Numbered from the whole stretch's first letter, positions 51,166-63,779 are shown. The stretch is 63,779 bases of DNA, filler included, from Octopus bimaculoides (GCF_001194135.2; 6 parts of 6 records of this genome joined end to end with filler, not necessarily neighbours in it); one strand, 5' to 3'. Notes: generated from the sequence alone by a model not told the origin. A program made the numbers and translations.

Positions 51166-51708
51166 TACCAGGCAGTCGCTCTCGTGGTTTCTCATCTTAA
51201 CTGATTGGAAGTTTCATCATGTACGTTATTTTGTCTTGGCATAAAAGATGGGATACAGTAAATATTCTGCTGAATATCACGGATTTGCTTGTCAGTTGTG
51301 TGACCTCAACCAGTAGAGCATATCCTTTGGTGGCTAACGATATATACATCCCTGATCACGAGCAGAAGTAGTGGGGGTGGCATTATAGCCATGTGTTGGG
51401 CTGAATTCTTTGGGATTTGAATAATTCACCTCTGGAAACGTGCGTGTTTCGTTCAGCATACTTAAACAAACCTTATTCAGGGACCTTTTGAGAGGGATGG
51501 GCTACTCAACCTGAAGAAAATTCTAATTGGACCACACCTGCAAGGCCATGCGCTGTTTATCTTGATATAAGATCACCATGTCGCGCATATGTGGTTGTGA
51601 TCCATGTGCCTGGTGTACCCTTATCAGATGGGTAGTCGTGATGGGTATTTGGGCTCCGTATAATTGTACTCAGTGTCACTTTGACGGTATGCACTGCTCT
51701 GTCACTCA
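51166..51708. mobile_element. Second copy of the (AAT)n-flanked ~555-bp repeat, opposite orientation
   Basis: Colinear with the reverse complement of 3061-3617; (AAT)n on both sides. Confidence 0.85.
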
Positions 51709-51803
<95 letters not shown>

Positions 51804-51834
51804 AATGATAATGATGATGATAATGATAATAATC

Positions 51835-52045
51835 ATTTCTACTCTAGGCACAAGGCCTGAAATATGGTGTTTCACTGGTACTTACTTTATCGACCCCGAA
51901 AGGATAAAAGACAGAGGGATGATGATGATGATGATGACGTTGCTGATGATGATGATAATTCTTTCTACTACAGGATTGAAATTTTGAGGGTCGGGGCTAG
52001 TCGATTCATCGGCCCATTACTTGACTGGTACTGTTTTTCTTGACA
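51835..52045 (-). mobile_element. Two SINE family A 3' fragments
   Basis: tttctactctaggcacaaggcc...ggtacttactttatcgaccccgaaagga and a second, more decayed copy. Confidence 0.6.
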
Positions 52046-52345
52046 CGAAAGTATAAGAAGCAGGTTTGAACGTGGCGGGATTCACACACACACAATTGTA
52101 TGTATGTACGTATGTATGCATGTACATATGTGTGCAGGTGGGTACGTATATATGTATGTCTCTTTCAATATATAAATATATATACAAAATATAAGAGGAA
52201 TGCCCAATAAAGTGGATTCCTAATATGCTGAAAATAGACGTCACATCACCTTACCACGAAGAGTGTGTTCTCAAGAAAATTTCAGCAAACGCCAGAATGT
52301 AAAACTGAGCAAGACAAACGAAAATATACAAAATAAAACGATTAC

Positions 52346-52410
52346 CTACGTACCATAGTTTCGTCTGTTTATATTTACAAATGTAAATATCTGCAGACTC
52401 ATCAGTGTAG
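52346..52410 (-). ncRNA. Type I hammerhead ribozyme fold, canonical core
   Basis: Reverse complement: ctaca-CTGATGA-gtctg(cag atatttac attt gtaaatat aaa)cagac-GAAA-c-tatg-GTA-cgtag. Perfect core, 5-bp stem II with an 8-bp inner hairpin, 2-bp stem III with a tetraloop, and stem I of 4 bp plus one A-C mismatch. Confidence 0.7.
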
Positions 52411-52589
52411 CCCGTCGCTTACAAAACAAAATTTTCTAAACTAGACACCGAACGTTCAGTCGATAGAGAACATGTATAAGGTTTTGTAAATTATTTTAGG
52501 GGGGTATCTTTCAAATAGCTGGAGCGAACATTTATCAGCCTCTAGCTATTTCTATCCATTCTCAATCGCGAACACCTGGCCGCTGCTAG

Positions 52590-53080
52590 TGGATGGAAGA
52601 GGTTCGCCCCACTGTTTACAGTATATGAAGAGTGCAGGCTGCACCTATAGCCAGCTAGCGGAAGATCAGCCTGGAATTAAATCGGTATTAAAATTTTAAA
52701 CAGAAATATTGATGTGGCCATTAACTTTACTTGTCAGTATAGTTACTACTCTCATCTCTTATTAAGATTTTCCAACTGGCTACTTTGTTTGTTGCATATC
52801 AGTGACCGATAGTCGCTTTGTTCATTATATAGTGCGAGTTTGAGCGAACTCTGTCTACCCCTCTAGCGGCCGGGTTTTCGCGATTTGGGGATGGACAGAA
52901 ATAACCCGAAACTGAGTCGATCTCGCGATCCTGTCGTCTGCTTGAGGATGGAAGGTGTTCGGTCCCCTGCCTACAATATATACAGGGTGCGGGCTGCACC
53001 TATAACCAACTGGCGGAAGATCTGCTTGAGGTTAAAAGAGTAGTAACAACAATATTGATGTAGCGATTTATTTCACTTAA
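52590..53080. repeat. Diverged direct repeat of ~140 bp (about 52590-52735 and 52945-53080)
   Basis: Shared ggatggaag..gttcg.cccc, ggctgcacctata.cca.ct.gcggaagatc and aatattgatgt. Confidence 0.8.
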
Positions 53081-53835
53081 TATATATATATATATATATA
53101 TCGCCTGACATTGCTGCGGTGATATAAATACTTTAAGATATCCAGTAATGTGTGCAATGTTGTAGTTTTCAAAACATCAAGGGTAATCAAGTCTACAGCC
53201 CGTCATAGTGTATGTGTGTGTGTGTGTATGTGTGTGTGTGTGTGTGTGTGTGCGTGTGCGCGCGCGTGTATGTATTTGGAATCTGTGAAGTTGAAGTCAT
53301 AGGAAATTATAAAGAGGAAAATAGACTGACAGGTATAGAAAACTTTGAAAGCCTCAACACAATGAAGAGAAGTGAGAATTATTATGAATTGAGCTCAGTC
53401 TTATATTTAATATTACTGGTGCATGAAAAGTATCTCAACGAACTTTTCACGCAGTTGGTACTTAGAAACGGTTAATTATCCTCACTGAATTTAGAGTACA
53501 TTATCATTTATATAAATATAATTATACCGAGCACTGTAGTGCAGACGATTGCTCCCTTGGGGTACGGTTTGAACAATCGTAATTAAATTTTTGTTTGGAG
53601 ATATATCTATTTTCCTTTTTTCCTTTGATAAGCTATGATTTATCAAAGGCGTAAAGACAGAAAATCCTAGCCTTTATTTATTAATTCGTTTTGATTAATT
53701 CATTTATTTATTTTATAGGGTCCCCATCATAGGTGTGGATTAGAGCAATCAGAAGCGGCGCATCAAGTCATCGAGTAATCATTATGCCGGACGTCTGGTC
53801 TAAGAGCTCGCAGTAAAATAGACTTCGCTGATATC

Positions 53836-54035
53836 CCCACCCCATCATCGCCTGACAACCGATGCTGGTGTTTTTACGTCCCCGCAACTTGGCGTTTCGG
53901 CAGAAGAGACCGACTGAATAAGTACTAGGCTTACAAAGAATAAGTCCTGAGGTTGATTTGTTCGACTAAAAGCGGTGCTCCGGCATAGCCGCGGTCAAAT
54001 GACTGAAACAATTGAAAGAATAAAAGAGTAAAAGA
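53836..54035 (+). mobile_element. SINE family B, 3' half
   Basis: gacaaccgatgctggtg...aataagtactaggcttacaaagaataagtcctg...gcggtgctccggcatagccgcggtcaaatgactgaaac. Confidence 0.8.
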
Positions 54036-54400
54036 ATATATATATATATATATATGTGTGTGTGTCTGTGTCTGTGTATGTCTGTGTGTGTGTGTATGTA
54101 AATGTGTGTGCGTGTGTATATATATATGTGTGTGNNNNNNNNNNNNNNNNNNNNNNNNNNNNNNNNNNNNNNNNNNNNNNNNNNNNNNNNNNNNNNNNNN
54201 NNNNNNNNNNNNNNNNNNNNNNNNNNNNNNNNNNNNNNNNNNNNNNNNNNNNNNNNNNNNNNNNNNTGCATTACCTCTGGATATCCTTGTTGCATATTTT
54301 GATCTTAATCACCTTACTTTGAAATTGTATGGAAATTGTATGTACTAAATTATGGTGCCTCAACTTAAGTACCATATTCACCTGAATCTAAATTTTTGCT

Positions 54401-54433
<33 letters not shown>

Positions 54434-54494
54434 CTGTGTCTGTGTATGTCTGTGTGTGTGTGTATGTAAATGTGTGTGCGTGTGTATATATATA

Positions 54495-54537
<43 letters not shown>

Positions 54538-57223
54538 ATATATATGTGCGTGTATGTGTATATATATGTGTGTGCGTATATATATGTGTGTGTATGTGTA
54601 TATATGTGTGTGTGTGTGTGTATGTATGTGTGTGCGTGCGTGCGTGTGTGTATGTCCACGCTGTCACAGAGACGAATGTGAAATCCTGAAACGAAACCTC
54701 ATCCAATTTCAGTATTCGGTATGTATTGTGTCCCAAATGGCTTTAACAAAGAACATGAACGCGAACGTCATGCAGCCTGATTTTTTTCCTGCTCGTCCCC
54801 CCCCCCATCACTACCGACCCGCTGTTACTTATATAGTGGTGCGCCTATGTAAGATAACAAGCAATCCACAACTGCAACCAAGCTTCACCCTCTCAGCGCC
54901 CTACCACCACCACCACCACCACCACCACCACCACATATACCTGTGTATGTATGCACCGATAACATATATAAATACACACACACACACGCACACACACACA
55001 CACACACACACTTACGTACGTACGTATGTATGTATGTATGTATGTATGTATGTATGTATGTTTTTGTTAACGTCTTCTCTTTCAGATCCATTACATTTTA
55101 AAAACTGAAATGATTGATATGGTTCTCTCTACGTGACATCACATTATCTCGCAGCCGTGTTCCTTTGGATGGTTCTTTTCCTTTTCTTTTCTATTTTTCC
55201 TTTTTTCTTACGTTTTTCGTTTTGTTATCATTGTTCTCTGAATTTAAATCTTCTCCACAGGACATCAATGAAATTAAGTACTAGCAATGAAGTAATGGGG
55301 ATTATGTTCTGTACTTTCAACACGGACAAGGTTGGTTTAGTACTGCTACTACTACTACTACTACTACTACCACCAACGCCGCCGCCGCCACCACCACCAC
55401 CAGCACTACTACTACTACTACTACCTACTTCTCTTTTACTACCCCTACTACTAAAACTACCATCACCCACCACAACATCTACTACTACTACTTCCACTAC
55501 CACCACCGCCGCCGCCACCGCCACCACAACCGTTACCACCTCCACCACTTCTACTACCCCTACTACTAATACTACCACCACAACCACTACTCTTATTACT
55601 ACTACTACCAATACCGCCGCCATCACCACCATCACCACCAATGCCTCCTCCACCACTGCTACTACCCCGACTACAAATATACCACCACCAGCACCACCCC
55701 TACTACTACTACTACTACTACCCCCACTACTATAACAAAATCGCTCCATGTTGCCGCTTGACCTTTTTGGAATAGGCTCTGTTAAAAGCATCCAGTTTAC
55801 CTAGCGGTGGTATTAAACCGGACGATGAATTAGATCTACATACAAATTAGACCACAGGAGGATTTGAACCCCGAACAATTACTGCAGATTAACTGGTTTG
55901 TCGTTCTTACACTTTCACCAATCCACTATCGTGGGAGTGGTGGCCCGTGTATAGGAACTGCGGAACTGTAGCACCTCTTATTTCCACTCGATATTATCGA
56001 TAACATTCAATAGAATGAGGCCTTTTTTTCTTCTTTAATCCTTTCTTTATACTTGTACATTATATAATCCTTAAGCTTAATGTCAGTAGCCATCCCCTAG
56101 TTTATGAAAAAAATACAAAAGTCCTTGTATAGACCTGTGCGCTTCACAGTTCCTACGACGCGGTGTTTGGCTGCTGTGCGCATGCTCATCTGCCCGAGAT
56201 AAGAAGCTTCACACTAGAGAGAGAGAGAGAGCACTGCGGGAATGACAGTGCCGAGTGAAAGGTAGTGTTTCTTTTAGACTCCGCTTATGTTGTGCTTAAA
56301 AACGTGTTTATATTGTTGAATGTGATAAAGTCTAGAATTAGATTATTATCCGTCTTCCAGCTTCAGTGTTGCTGCCAGGATTTGAAAAATAGGACACATT
56401 TCTCCTCCATCCCTTATTTTGTGATTTAGTGGGTATCTTTGAAAAACAAGGGGGAATTCACGGCGGTGTTCAGTGAACAAATTAAACACACTACCCGGCA
56501 ATGGCTAAAATGCGAACCGATCAAGTTTATGTATATAAATTTTCTTTTTATATGTTTGTTTCCATTTACACAATATTAAAACAAAGGGTAAACATTTTCT
56601 GAAGCAGCACCCCGACTAACTTTATCTATGAACCGCCACTGGTCGTGGGTTGCCATTTTTCTTTTTTTTTTTTATCGACATCGACTGAATTAAAAGTAAA
56701 CCTGTCCTTAGTATGATTTGAACTCAGAACGTCGAGTTTCTGCACAAATAACGTGAGGTATGTGTCGTTCAGAATACCTCGCGTTATTTCCACTGAGACT
56801 CGACCAACTCACCTGTTACACGAAGTGACAGTTAGAGACATCTGAAGGTTTTCTACTCAGAGCTGGAAATGCAGAGAAAAAGAAAATTTTTTGCGATAGC
56901 ACTGAAAGCGACAAGAGCGGTTGATAGAAACTATCGTTTTCTGAATACTATCGCTTGCAATATTGCTTGCAGTAACGAGGATAGCTTAAAAAGGGAATTG
57001 GGCTGTGCTTATGTGGAGCATTCAAGATACAAACTGCCGGTTAAAATCTAATTACGGTGCTTTGAATGAACTGTTGTACTTTAACAACGAAGAGGACGTG
57101 GACTCTTTCTTGTCCCTTAGCGTTGCTTGAATACACATAGCATAGAAACAAAAAGTTGCAAGGGTCATGGGGTGCCTGTGTAAAGATCAGTTGTCCTTTT
57201 ACGCTTTGTCTATGTCTCGTTTA

Positions 57224-57268
<45 letters not shown>

Positions 57269-57673
57269 ACGAGGATGTGGTGTAAAGTTCCTGGCTTTAN
57301 NNNNNNNNNNNNNNNNNNNNNNNNNNNNNNNNNNNNNNNNNNNNNNNNNNNNNNNNNNNNNNNNNNNNNNNNNNNNNNNNNNNNNNNNNNNNNNNNNNNN
57401 NNNNNNNNNNNNNNNNNNNNNNNNNNNNNNNNNNNNNNNNNNNNNNNNNNNNNNNNNNNNNNNNNNNNNNNNNNNNNNNNNNNNNNNNNNNNNNNNNNNN
57501 NNNNNNNNNNNNNNNNNNNNNNNNNNNNNNNNNNNNNNNNNNNNNNNNNNNNNNNNNNNNNNNNNNNNNNNNNNNNNNNNNNNNNNNNNNNNNNNNNNNN
57601 NNNNNNNNNNNNNNNNNNNNNNNNNNNNNNNNNNNNNNNTATATATATATATATATTTATACACATGTATGTA

Positions 57674-57911
57674 TTGGGTTGGTGCTTAATTATTGCGGCT
57701 TTTTTTCAACAAATTTTATTCAACAAAAACAATAACAACATGTAACAAAGATATCTTTAAATGATTATTCCGGAGCATATTCACCATCTACTTCAATTAC
57801 TGCTTCCCGACGTTCAGACCGACATTTAAAGATGCTTTTGTTAAAAGTTATTGTTTTTGTTGAATAAAATTTGTTGGAAAAAAAAGCCGCAATAATTATG
57901 CACCAACCCAA
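57674..57911. mobile_element. Mariner-derived MITE (238 bp) with ~63-65-bp TIRs and TA target duplication
   Basis: TA|TTGGGTTGGTGCTTAATTATTGCGG... mirrored by ...CCGCAATAATTATGCACCAACCCAA|TA. The TIR start resembles Hsmar1/MADE1 (TTAGGTTGGTGCAAAAGTAATTGCGG). The interior encodes RSERREAVIEVDGEYAPE* on the minus strand, like a mariner transposase C-terminus. Confidence 0.9.
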
Positions 57912-59038
57912 TATATATACATATACATATATGTGTGTATGTGTATATATTTCCATGCAGTTATTCATAGGATGACTCTAGTTCTTTTCCCAGACGTGCT
58001 GTCTTCTTTCTGCTTTTCAAATGCTGCTATAATGGCCATTGCTACTCGGAGCTCATTGGCATTCCCAGATTACTAGCTCCCAATTTTCTATAGTCTACGC
58101 TAGCCAGTCTCCTCTGCCCCTCACCACCACTCCTGATTACCGTTCTACTGGATTGTCCTCCATATTCATGACATTCCTGTAGGTGTCACATGACTTATAT
58201 TGCTCATTCCTTCCGTCAAAGCAAGGAATAAGACATAACAATAAGAAAATATAATAATATAACCAAATATATTTTATAAGGTTTTAATCGTACCTCACAC
58301 TTTTAGGTAACTTTGTAACATTCCCACATGTTTAAGTAATATTGTATATTACATTCTTTGTTACTAGTGGCAAAATAAAAGCATTATTATTTTTTTTTGT
58401 TCTTATTACTAGTTTTTTCTTTATTATTATTATTTTACATTACAATATTGTACACAAATATATGACGGTTTAAATAGATAGTAAACTTAACCAAAGTTAT
58501 TGAAATGGTTCAAAGAAAGAATTTCAGTAAACATGGAATCTAAATGTATTTATGCATTTTCGAAGACTCCACCAAGCAACAGATTTAAAGTCCGACATCA
58601 AAGAATTATCCACTTTGGCGGATAAACATTCAGTCATTCCATTCTCAAATAGAATAAGGAAGAATTTTGCTCAAAGGAAAACAACAAAAAAGTTCTATTG
58701 TAGTAGTGTGATGGTCTACACACAAAGAGCTTTCTGTGAAACAATATTGTTAACTGTCATTTTGAATCAATTTCGGATTCGAAATATTGGAAACTAGCAA
58801 TAGAAACTCGAAGAATATAGCAGTCTTCGAGAGTTTTCAGCACAAGGAAATAAGCACATTTAATGGCAGGTTTTCGTTTAATAATATTTTACAGCATTAT
58901 TGCGAAATATGTTTAAATTTAATCCCACGTGTCTATACAAATATGTATATATATAACGACACTTTGTATACTTTTAAATAAAACGAAACATAGTTCTGTA
59001 TTGCTTTATGCATACACTTACATAGACATACTGAAACA

Positions 59039-59164
<126 letters not shown>

Positions 59165-59424
59165 TCATTTGAACCAATCAGTGAGCTGAGCCGGCTTTAC
59201 CTGTTCACTCAATCTGCTAAAATAGAAATAGCAGGCAAATCTCTCACAAATCGTACTACAGACAAATAGAATAACGTAGCCTTTAACTATTAGCGATAAA
59301 GACGGCTAGTATACCTTTGATCGAATGTCTGCTTGCTCAGGACCAACTTTGGACCAGACAGCGATACACTTACCAACACTGACAACTGCAACAAATTAAA
59401 TACCATTATGTCGCTTGTAATACT

Positions 59425-59730
59425 GATCTCAAATTTTGGCACAAGGCCAGCAATTTCGGGGGAGAGAGGGGTTAAGTCGATTAAATTGACCCCAGTATTC
59501 AACTGGTGCTTTCTTCATCGACCTCGAAAGGGTGAAAGGCAAAGTCGATCTCGGCGGAATTTGAACTGAGGACATAAAGACGGACGAAATACCGCTAAGC
59601 ACTTTGCCCGGCGTGCTAACGATTTTTTCTACTCTAGGCACAAGGCCCGAAATTTTGGGGGAGGGGTTCAGTCGATTAGATCGACCCCCAGTACTAAACT
59701 GGTACTTAGTTTATCGACTCCGAAAGAAAT
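59425..59730 (-). mobile_element. Two adjacent SINE family A copies, one near full length and one 3' part
   Basis: Reverse complement matches the head (aatcgttagcacgccgggcaaagtgcttagcggtatttcgtccg) and core of the copies at 2561-3060. Confidence 0.8.
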
Positions 59731-61690
59731 GTTCTAACTTGTAGATTGATCAGATAGGCGCAGCAGCGAAACCTTTCGCAAACAACACATGGCGGATGCA
59801 TTGAATAGTTCATTATATCTGAAAAGATTGCTATGGTTGGAATGCCTCTGATTAGAACTAGCATGACTTAAATAACAACATCTCCACAATTACATGCATT
59901 AATGCATAGCTTCTATGTCAACGGGGTATTCTCTATATGGTCGCTTAATCTGCAAGAAATAGCAGCCAAATTTCCTTCAGACAGCAGTTTACGTCTTTAA
60001 AAATTCCCATTGGGTAATGATATACAAGGGTACGCTATGTGTAGAAGTAAAAGATGCGATAGTTACCCTTTTAATGCATTTGATTATAAGCCTACTATAT
60101 TACGGTTGACCCGAGGTTAATCCACAGCAACCACTACTACAGTGACCTCTAAATCATTCAACAGACTATAATTCAACCGTACAAAACAAAAAAAAATGAT
60201 AATAAAAATTAGAAGCTTTGAATGTCATATGGAAACACACAGCACTAAAATCTTATCTAGACATAAGCAATTAAACCCACTACGATCCACATAATTTCTG
60301 ATGACCTTTCAATGCGGCCACTCATCATTAACATAACTGAGGTTGTATCACGAATGTTAAGGATTCTTCCACTGTGCGTTAGCTTTGAACAGATGTTGAC
60401 GCTCTGCAAAGCACAATCTGCCCACATGACAGCACAACACACAAATCTGGGATTGAGTAAATAGTTACTTACAAGCACACGGTAGGCTAAATTTTAAAAT
60501 TAGTCATCAGCTGTAAGACAATACGTCACTGGTCCCCAAGAAGCTAAAACCACAAGCCAGCTAACGCAGTGTATCCACTTTTTTGTCTCTTCTACTGGTT
60601 CTGACTCTAATGCTAGTCAACTGGCGTACTATGATATTCTGTCTCTTCTACTACAATTACAATGATATTACGACGACGCGGCTTTTTCGGACGAATTTAG
60701 AAGGTCGCCCGTTGTTAATTTAGTGGCCGTCCCAAGTGCAGATGGTTTCAGTCACGTTTTTAGAGGCAAGATAGCTTCTTTGTACTGCTACAGTCCTCGG
60801 TGGTTATATCGAATGACACGCTATCGGAACCATTTTGACCCACATGCCCGATTTCTTAAGAGTGTTCTTTCTTTTCAGTCTTATTTTGTCTTGAACTACG
60901 GACATATATCGTAACTGTATACACAGACAACGTAGAATTTATGCTATTGCACAGCCATATATTTATCCCGGGTGTGTAGAACAAAGCAACTGGGAGTTTA
61001 TTTGAGGAGGATTTTACGCTGTTTCAGTTAGTAGAACAATTGCATATAGGATTTCTGGTTCATCCGAGAAACCGTGAGATTTCTATGTGGGTACCTAATT
61101 GAGGGTGTGAAGAAGTGACGATATACTAAACGCATGCACAGTCAAGCAACAACTTCCACATTAAGATAATACAGGTCACATCATAATATTTCAGGTCACT
61201 TTGGGTGGGGGACGGCATGAATCTTCACCCGTCTTAACTCTACGATCTGGTCTACATATAAAAGACATAAACGACGTCTGTACGGCATTTTGCAAGCTTT
61301 CTCTGATCTGAAAATAATATTCTCTCTTTATCACATTGGTCTCGTGGTCAAGGAAGTCTTTAGTGCTGTCTTTTCTCCTTTCAGTAAGTCATAAAAAACT
61401 CATATTTAAATATTTGAAGAAAACACTATTAATAAATGATTAACATTACTTTAATTATTTCGGCATGGAAAGTAAGCAAATATGGTCCAGTTTCGTTATT
61501 ATTATGACTTTATCAATAAAATAGATTTCACCCTACTCGCCGAGATAAAGATAGAAAAATCTCAAAGTAAACGTGTACAAATTTGTAGGCNNNNNNNNNN
61601 NNNNNNNNNNNNNNNNNNNNNNNNNNNNNNNNNNTTAATTAATTAANNNNNNNNNNNNNNNNNNNNNNNNNNNNNNNNNNNNNNNNNNNN

Positions 61691-63690
61691 TTTTTTGTAA
61701 AATATTCATAAATTTTTTGTAAATATTTGTGGATATTGCAGAGCTGAAGGGGATATTTAACCAAGAGTTTTTATTTTTTCTCTTAAATTTATTGTGTGGG
61801 TGAGTATGGGGTATACTTTGATTACTATTACTTCTCAGAGCAATATTATTATTAAGATTGGTAATTCTTTTAGGTGCGGGATACTTTTTATTTATATCAT
61901 TGGTTTCACCATTACTGTCTACTAACATTGGTTTATTACTAGTGTTAGCATGTAGTTTACTATTAAAAAGTACTTTATTACTTTTCTTATTAGTTAAATT
62001 TTTAGGCAGAAAGGGTTGCTTTTTATTTGGTCCATTATTACTACTACTTAAGTTATTAGATTTGTTATAACATCTATGATTACTATTATTATTATTATTA
62101 TCATTATTATTGTTGTTATTATTATTATTATCATTACTATCATTATTATTATCTGCATCAAGGAGAGATGTCCTACTAGGACTAAGGAAAGAAATTTTGG
62201 GGGCATATCCAGCTTTAGACAAAGCCTCATTATAGTAGTTTGAATTAGAATTAAATATATCAATGTTGGAAGATAATTTAGTAATTCTCTCAGAAATACT
62301 TTTAACTATAGAGTTTAATACATTTGGTGGATGATTGGAAAATCTACTTACATATCTAGTAACTTCATTCTCTTTTCTATATGGGTGGTATAATCTAGCT
62401 TCTATGTTAAGAGTGGTATCTAAAAAATTTAGAATCTTATTACCATATTCGTAAGTAATATTTAAGTTAAAACTTCTAAAAAATTTCCTAATTTTCTTTC
62501 TTATTCTCTCAATGAAAGATTTATTATTACTAGGGATGATGAATAAAGCATCATCCCTATATAGACTGCCCTTTAGCTCCGGGATTTATTTGTTTAAGCA
62601 ATATAAGAGGTAAGCTCCTACTAGATTCGTAACCTCAGCCGAATCGCTCGACCCCATTGGTATATCAAAATTATCTGAGGTATCGGCTCTAGTCCAGAGC
62701 TTGCTATCAAATTCAATAATAGTTCTTCTAGCTAACAAAATAATGTCTATCTTATCCCTAGTAATGAGGGAGCGATTCATAGCAAAAATGAGAGCCTTAT
62801 TTAGGAGAATAGGGGATATGCTAGAATAATAGTTATTTATATCAAACTGAATAAAAGAAAAGTTACCAGTATTGTCAATAGATTTAAACCAGTTTAGTGC
62901 TTCTTCGGTATTATTCCATAACTTTAAGGATAAATTAGGAATTATAAGAGGTAAAATATTGTCTGGTATAAGTTTACTAAGTCTGCCAATGTCAGACCTA
63001 GATGGGTAAATTAGTCTCACAGTCGGGTTATCCTGGAAGTTCTTCTTGTGGTCTTTCAAGTTAATCCTAGGCTCAGCTGGAACCAGTGGTTCAGTTCTAT
63101 CAATTAAGTCATAGTCCTGCATAATTTTCTTAATTTTTAAATTAATTTCTGATAGATTTCTTTTAGAGGTTATTTTGTATTTGGAGTTAAGTTCCTTCAT
63201 GATCAGTTTTTTGTAAGTAGTATAATCCAGTCTGTACAAATTTCGAGTTTTGTCAGCAGGGACTAGAATACCCGGTTTATTCTATATTGACTTGATGAAT
63301 TCCTTAAGCTTTCTTAGATGTAAATTTTTCCTAAGTGGATGTTCTTTGTATTTCACATTGGCTATGAGATCAAATAGTTCTTTTTCGAANNNNNNNNNNA
63401 GTGGATGTTCTTTGTATTTCACATTGGCTATGAGATCAAATAGTTCTTTTTCGAAATTTTCTAGTAGTGGGTTAGGAGGTGGATTTTTTCTACTCTTAAA
63501 TATCATCTTATAGTAGTTCTTATCCTGTGTTTCAGAGGTTGGGTTTTTCATTTTGTTTTCATGATGATAGGCAATCCACCTCATCCTTCTAACAAAGTCA
63601 TTTGTTCTGTGGATTAATAGCCACATATAAGTATCCTTACTATGTAATGGGGATGTCTTTCAGAGAAAATTCCACATCAACCTTTTCCAT
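61691..63690 (-). pseudogene. Penelope-like element (PLE) reverse transcriptase ORF, lightly disrupted, 3'-truncated by the scaffold end
   Basis: Track ORFs 63282-63626, 62586-63239 and 61635-62222 share one minus-strand frame, separated only by in-frame stops (TAG 63282-63284, TAA 62586-62588). Motifs read: ADKTRNLY, LKDHKKNFQDNPTVRLIYP, FIQFDINNYYSSI, PMGSSDSAEV, LYRDD (YRDD at 62561-62550), FLDTTL, SNHPP, WLNIPFS. ATG at 63690 gives MEKVDVEFSLKDIP, one frameshift away from the main frame. Confidence 0.9.
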
Positions 63691-63779
63691 CCTGTTGAAA
63701 AAATTAAGTACCAGAAAAAACACACGCTCAGGTTTGAGAGGTAAGTTCAGTAGAAGGTTTAGATTTAGATTCAAGATTG

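Noticed and set aside
54040-54500. ~95-bp duplication (54040-54134 and about 54405-54500)
   Set aside because: It is microsatellite-like sequence next to a gap; an assembly artefact is as likely as a real duplication.
63334-63455. 56-bp direct repeat inside the PLE ORF
   Set aside because: The two copies flank a 10-N gap and are essentially identical, which indicates an unmerged contig overlap.

Overview
Eukaryotic, microsatellite-saturated, gappy draft sequence whose interspersed repeats I recognise as octopus-type (probably Octopus sp.; inferred from repeat families, not from a marker gene). Five identical 100-bp pads (44 N + TTAATTAATTAA + 44 N) show that the window is six unrelated scaffolds joined end to end: 1-22546, 22647-39793, 39894-44025, 44126-47088, 47189-61590 and 61691-63779. 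No host protein-coding gene, tRNA, rRNA or CRISPR array can be supported, and nearly all ORFs in the track are microsatellite or N artefacts. The recognisable content is mobile DNA: several tRNA-derived SINE families, a 5'-truncated CR1-type LINE, L1/Tx1-like ORF1 and APE fragments, two decayed Tc1/mariner (maT-like) copies, a mariner MITE, and many Penelope-like element (PLE) remnants. The PLE remnants are a nearly intact RT frame at 61691-63690 (-) and three GIY-YIG endonuclease fragments. The most interesting signal is a set of minimal type I hammerhead ribozyme folds read directly from the sequence (9742-9785, 14058-14097, 39627-39672, 45344-45392, 45800-45845, 52346-52410). Three of them sit in the 3' tail of one tRNA-headed SINE family, suggesting a ribozyme-carrying SINE that may be mobilised by PLE machinery.
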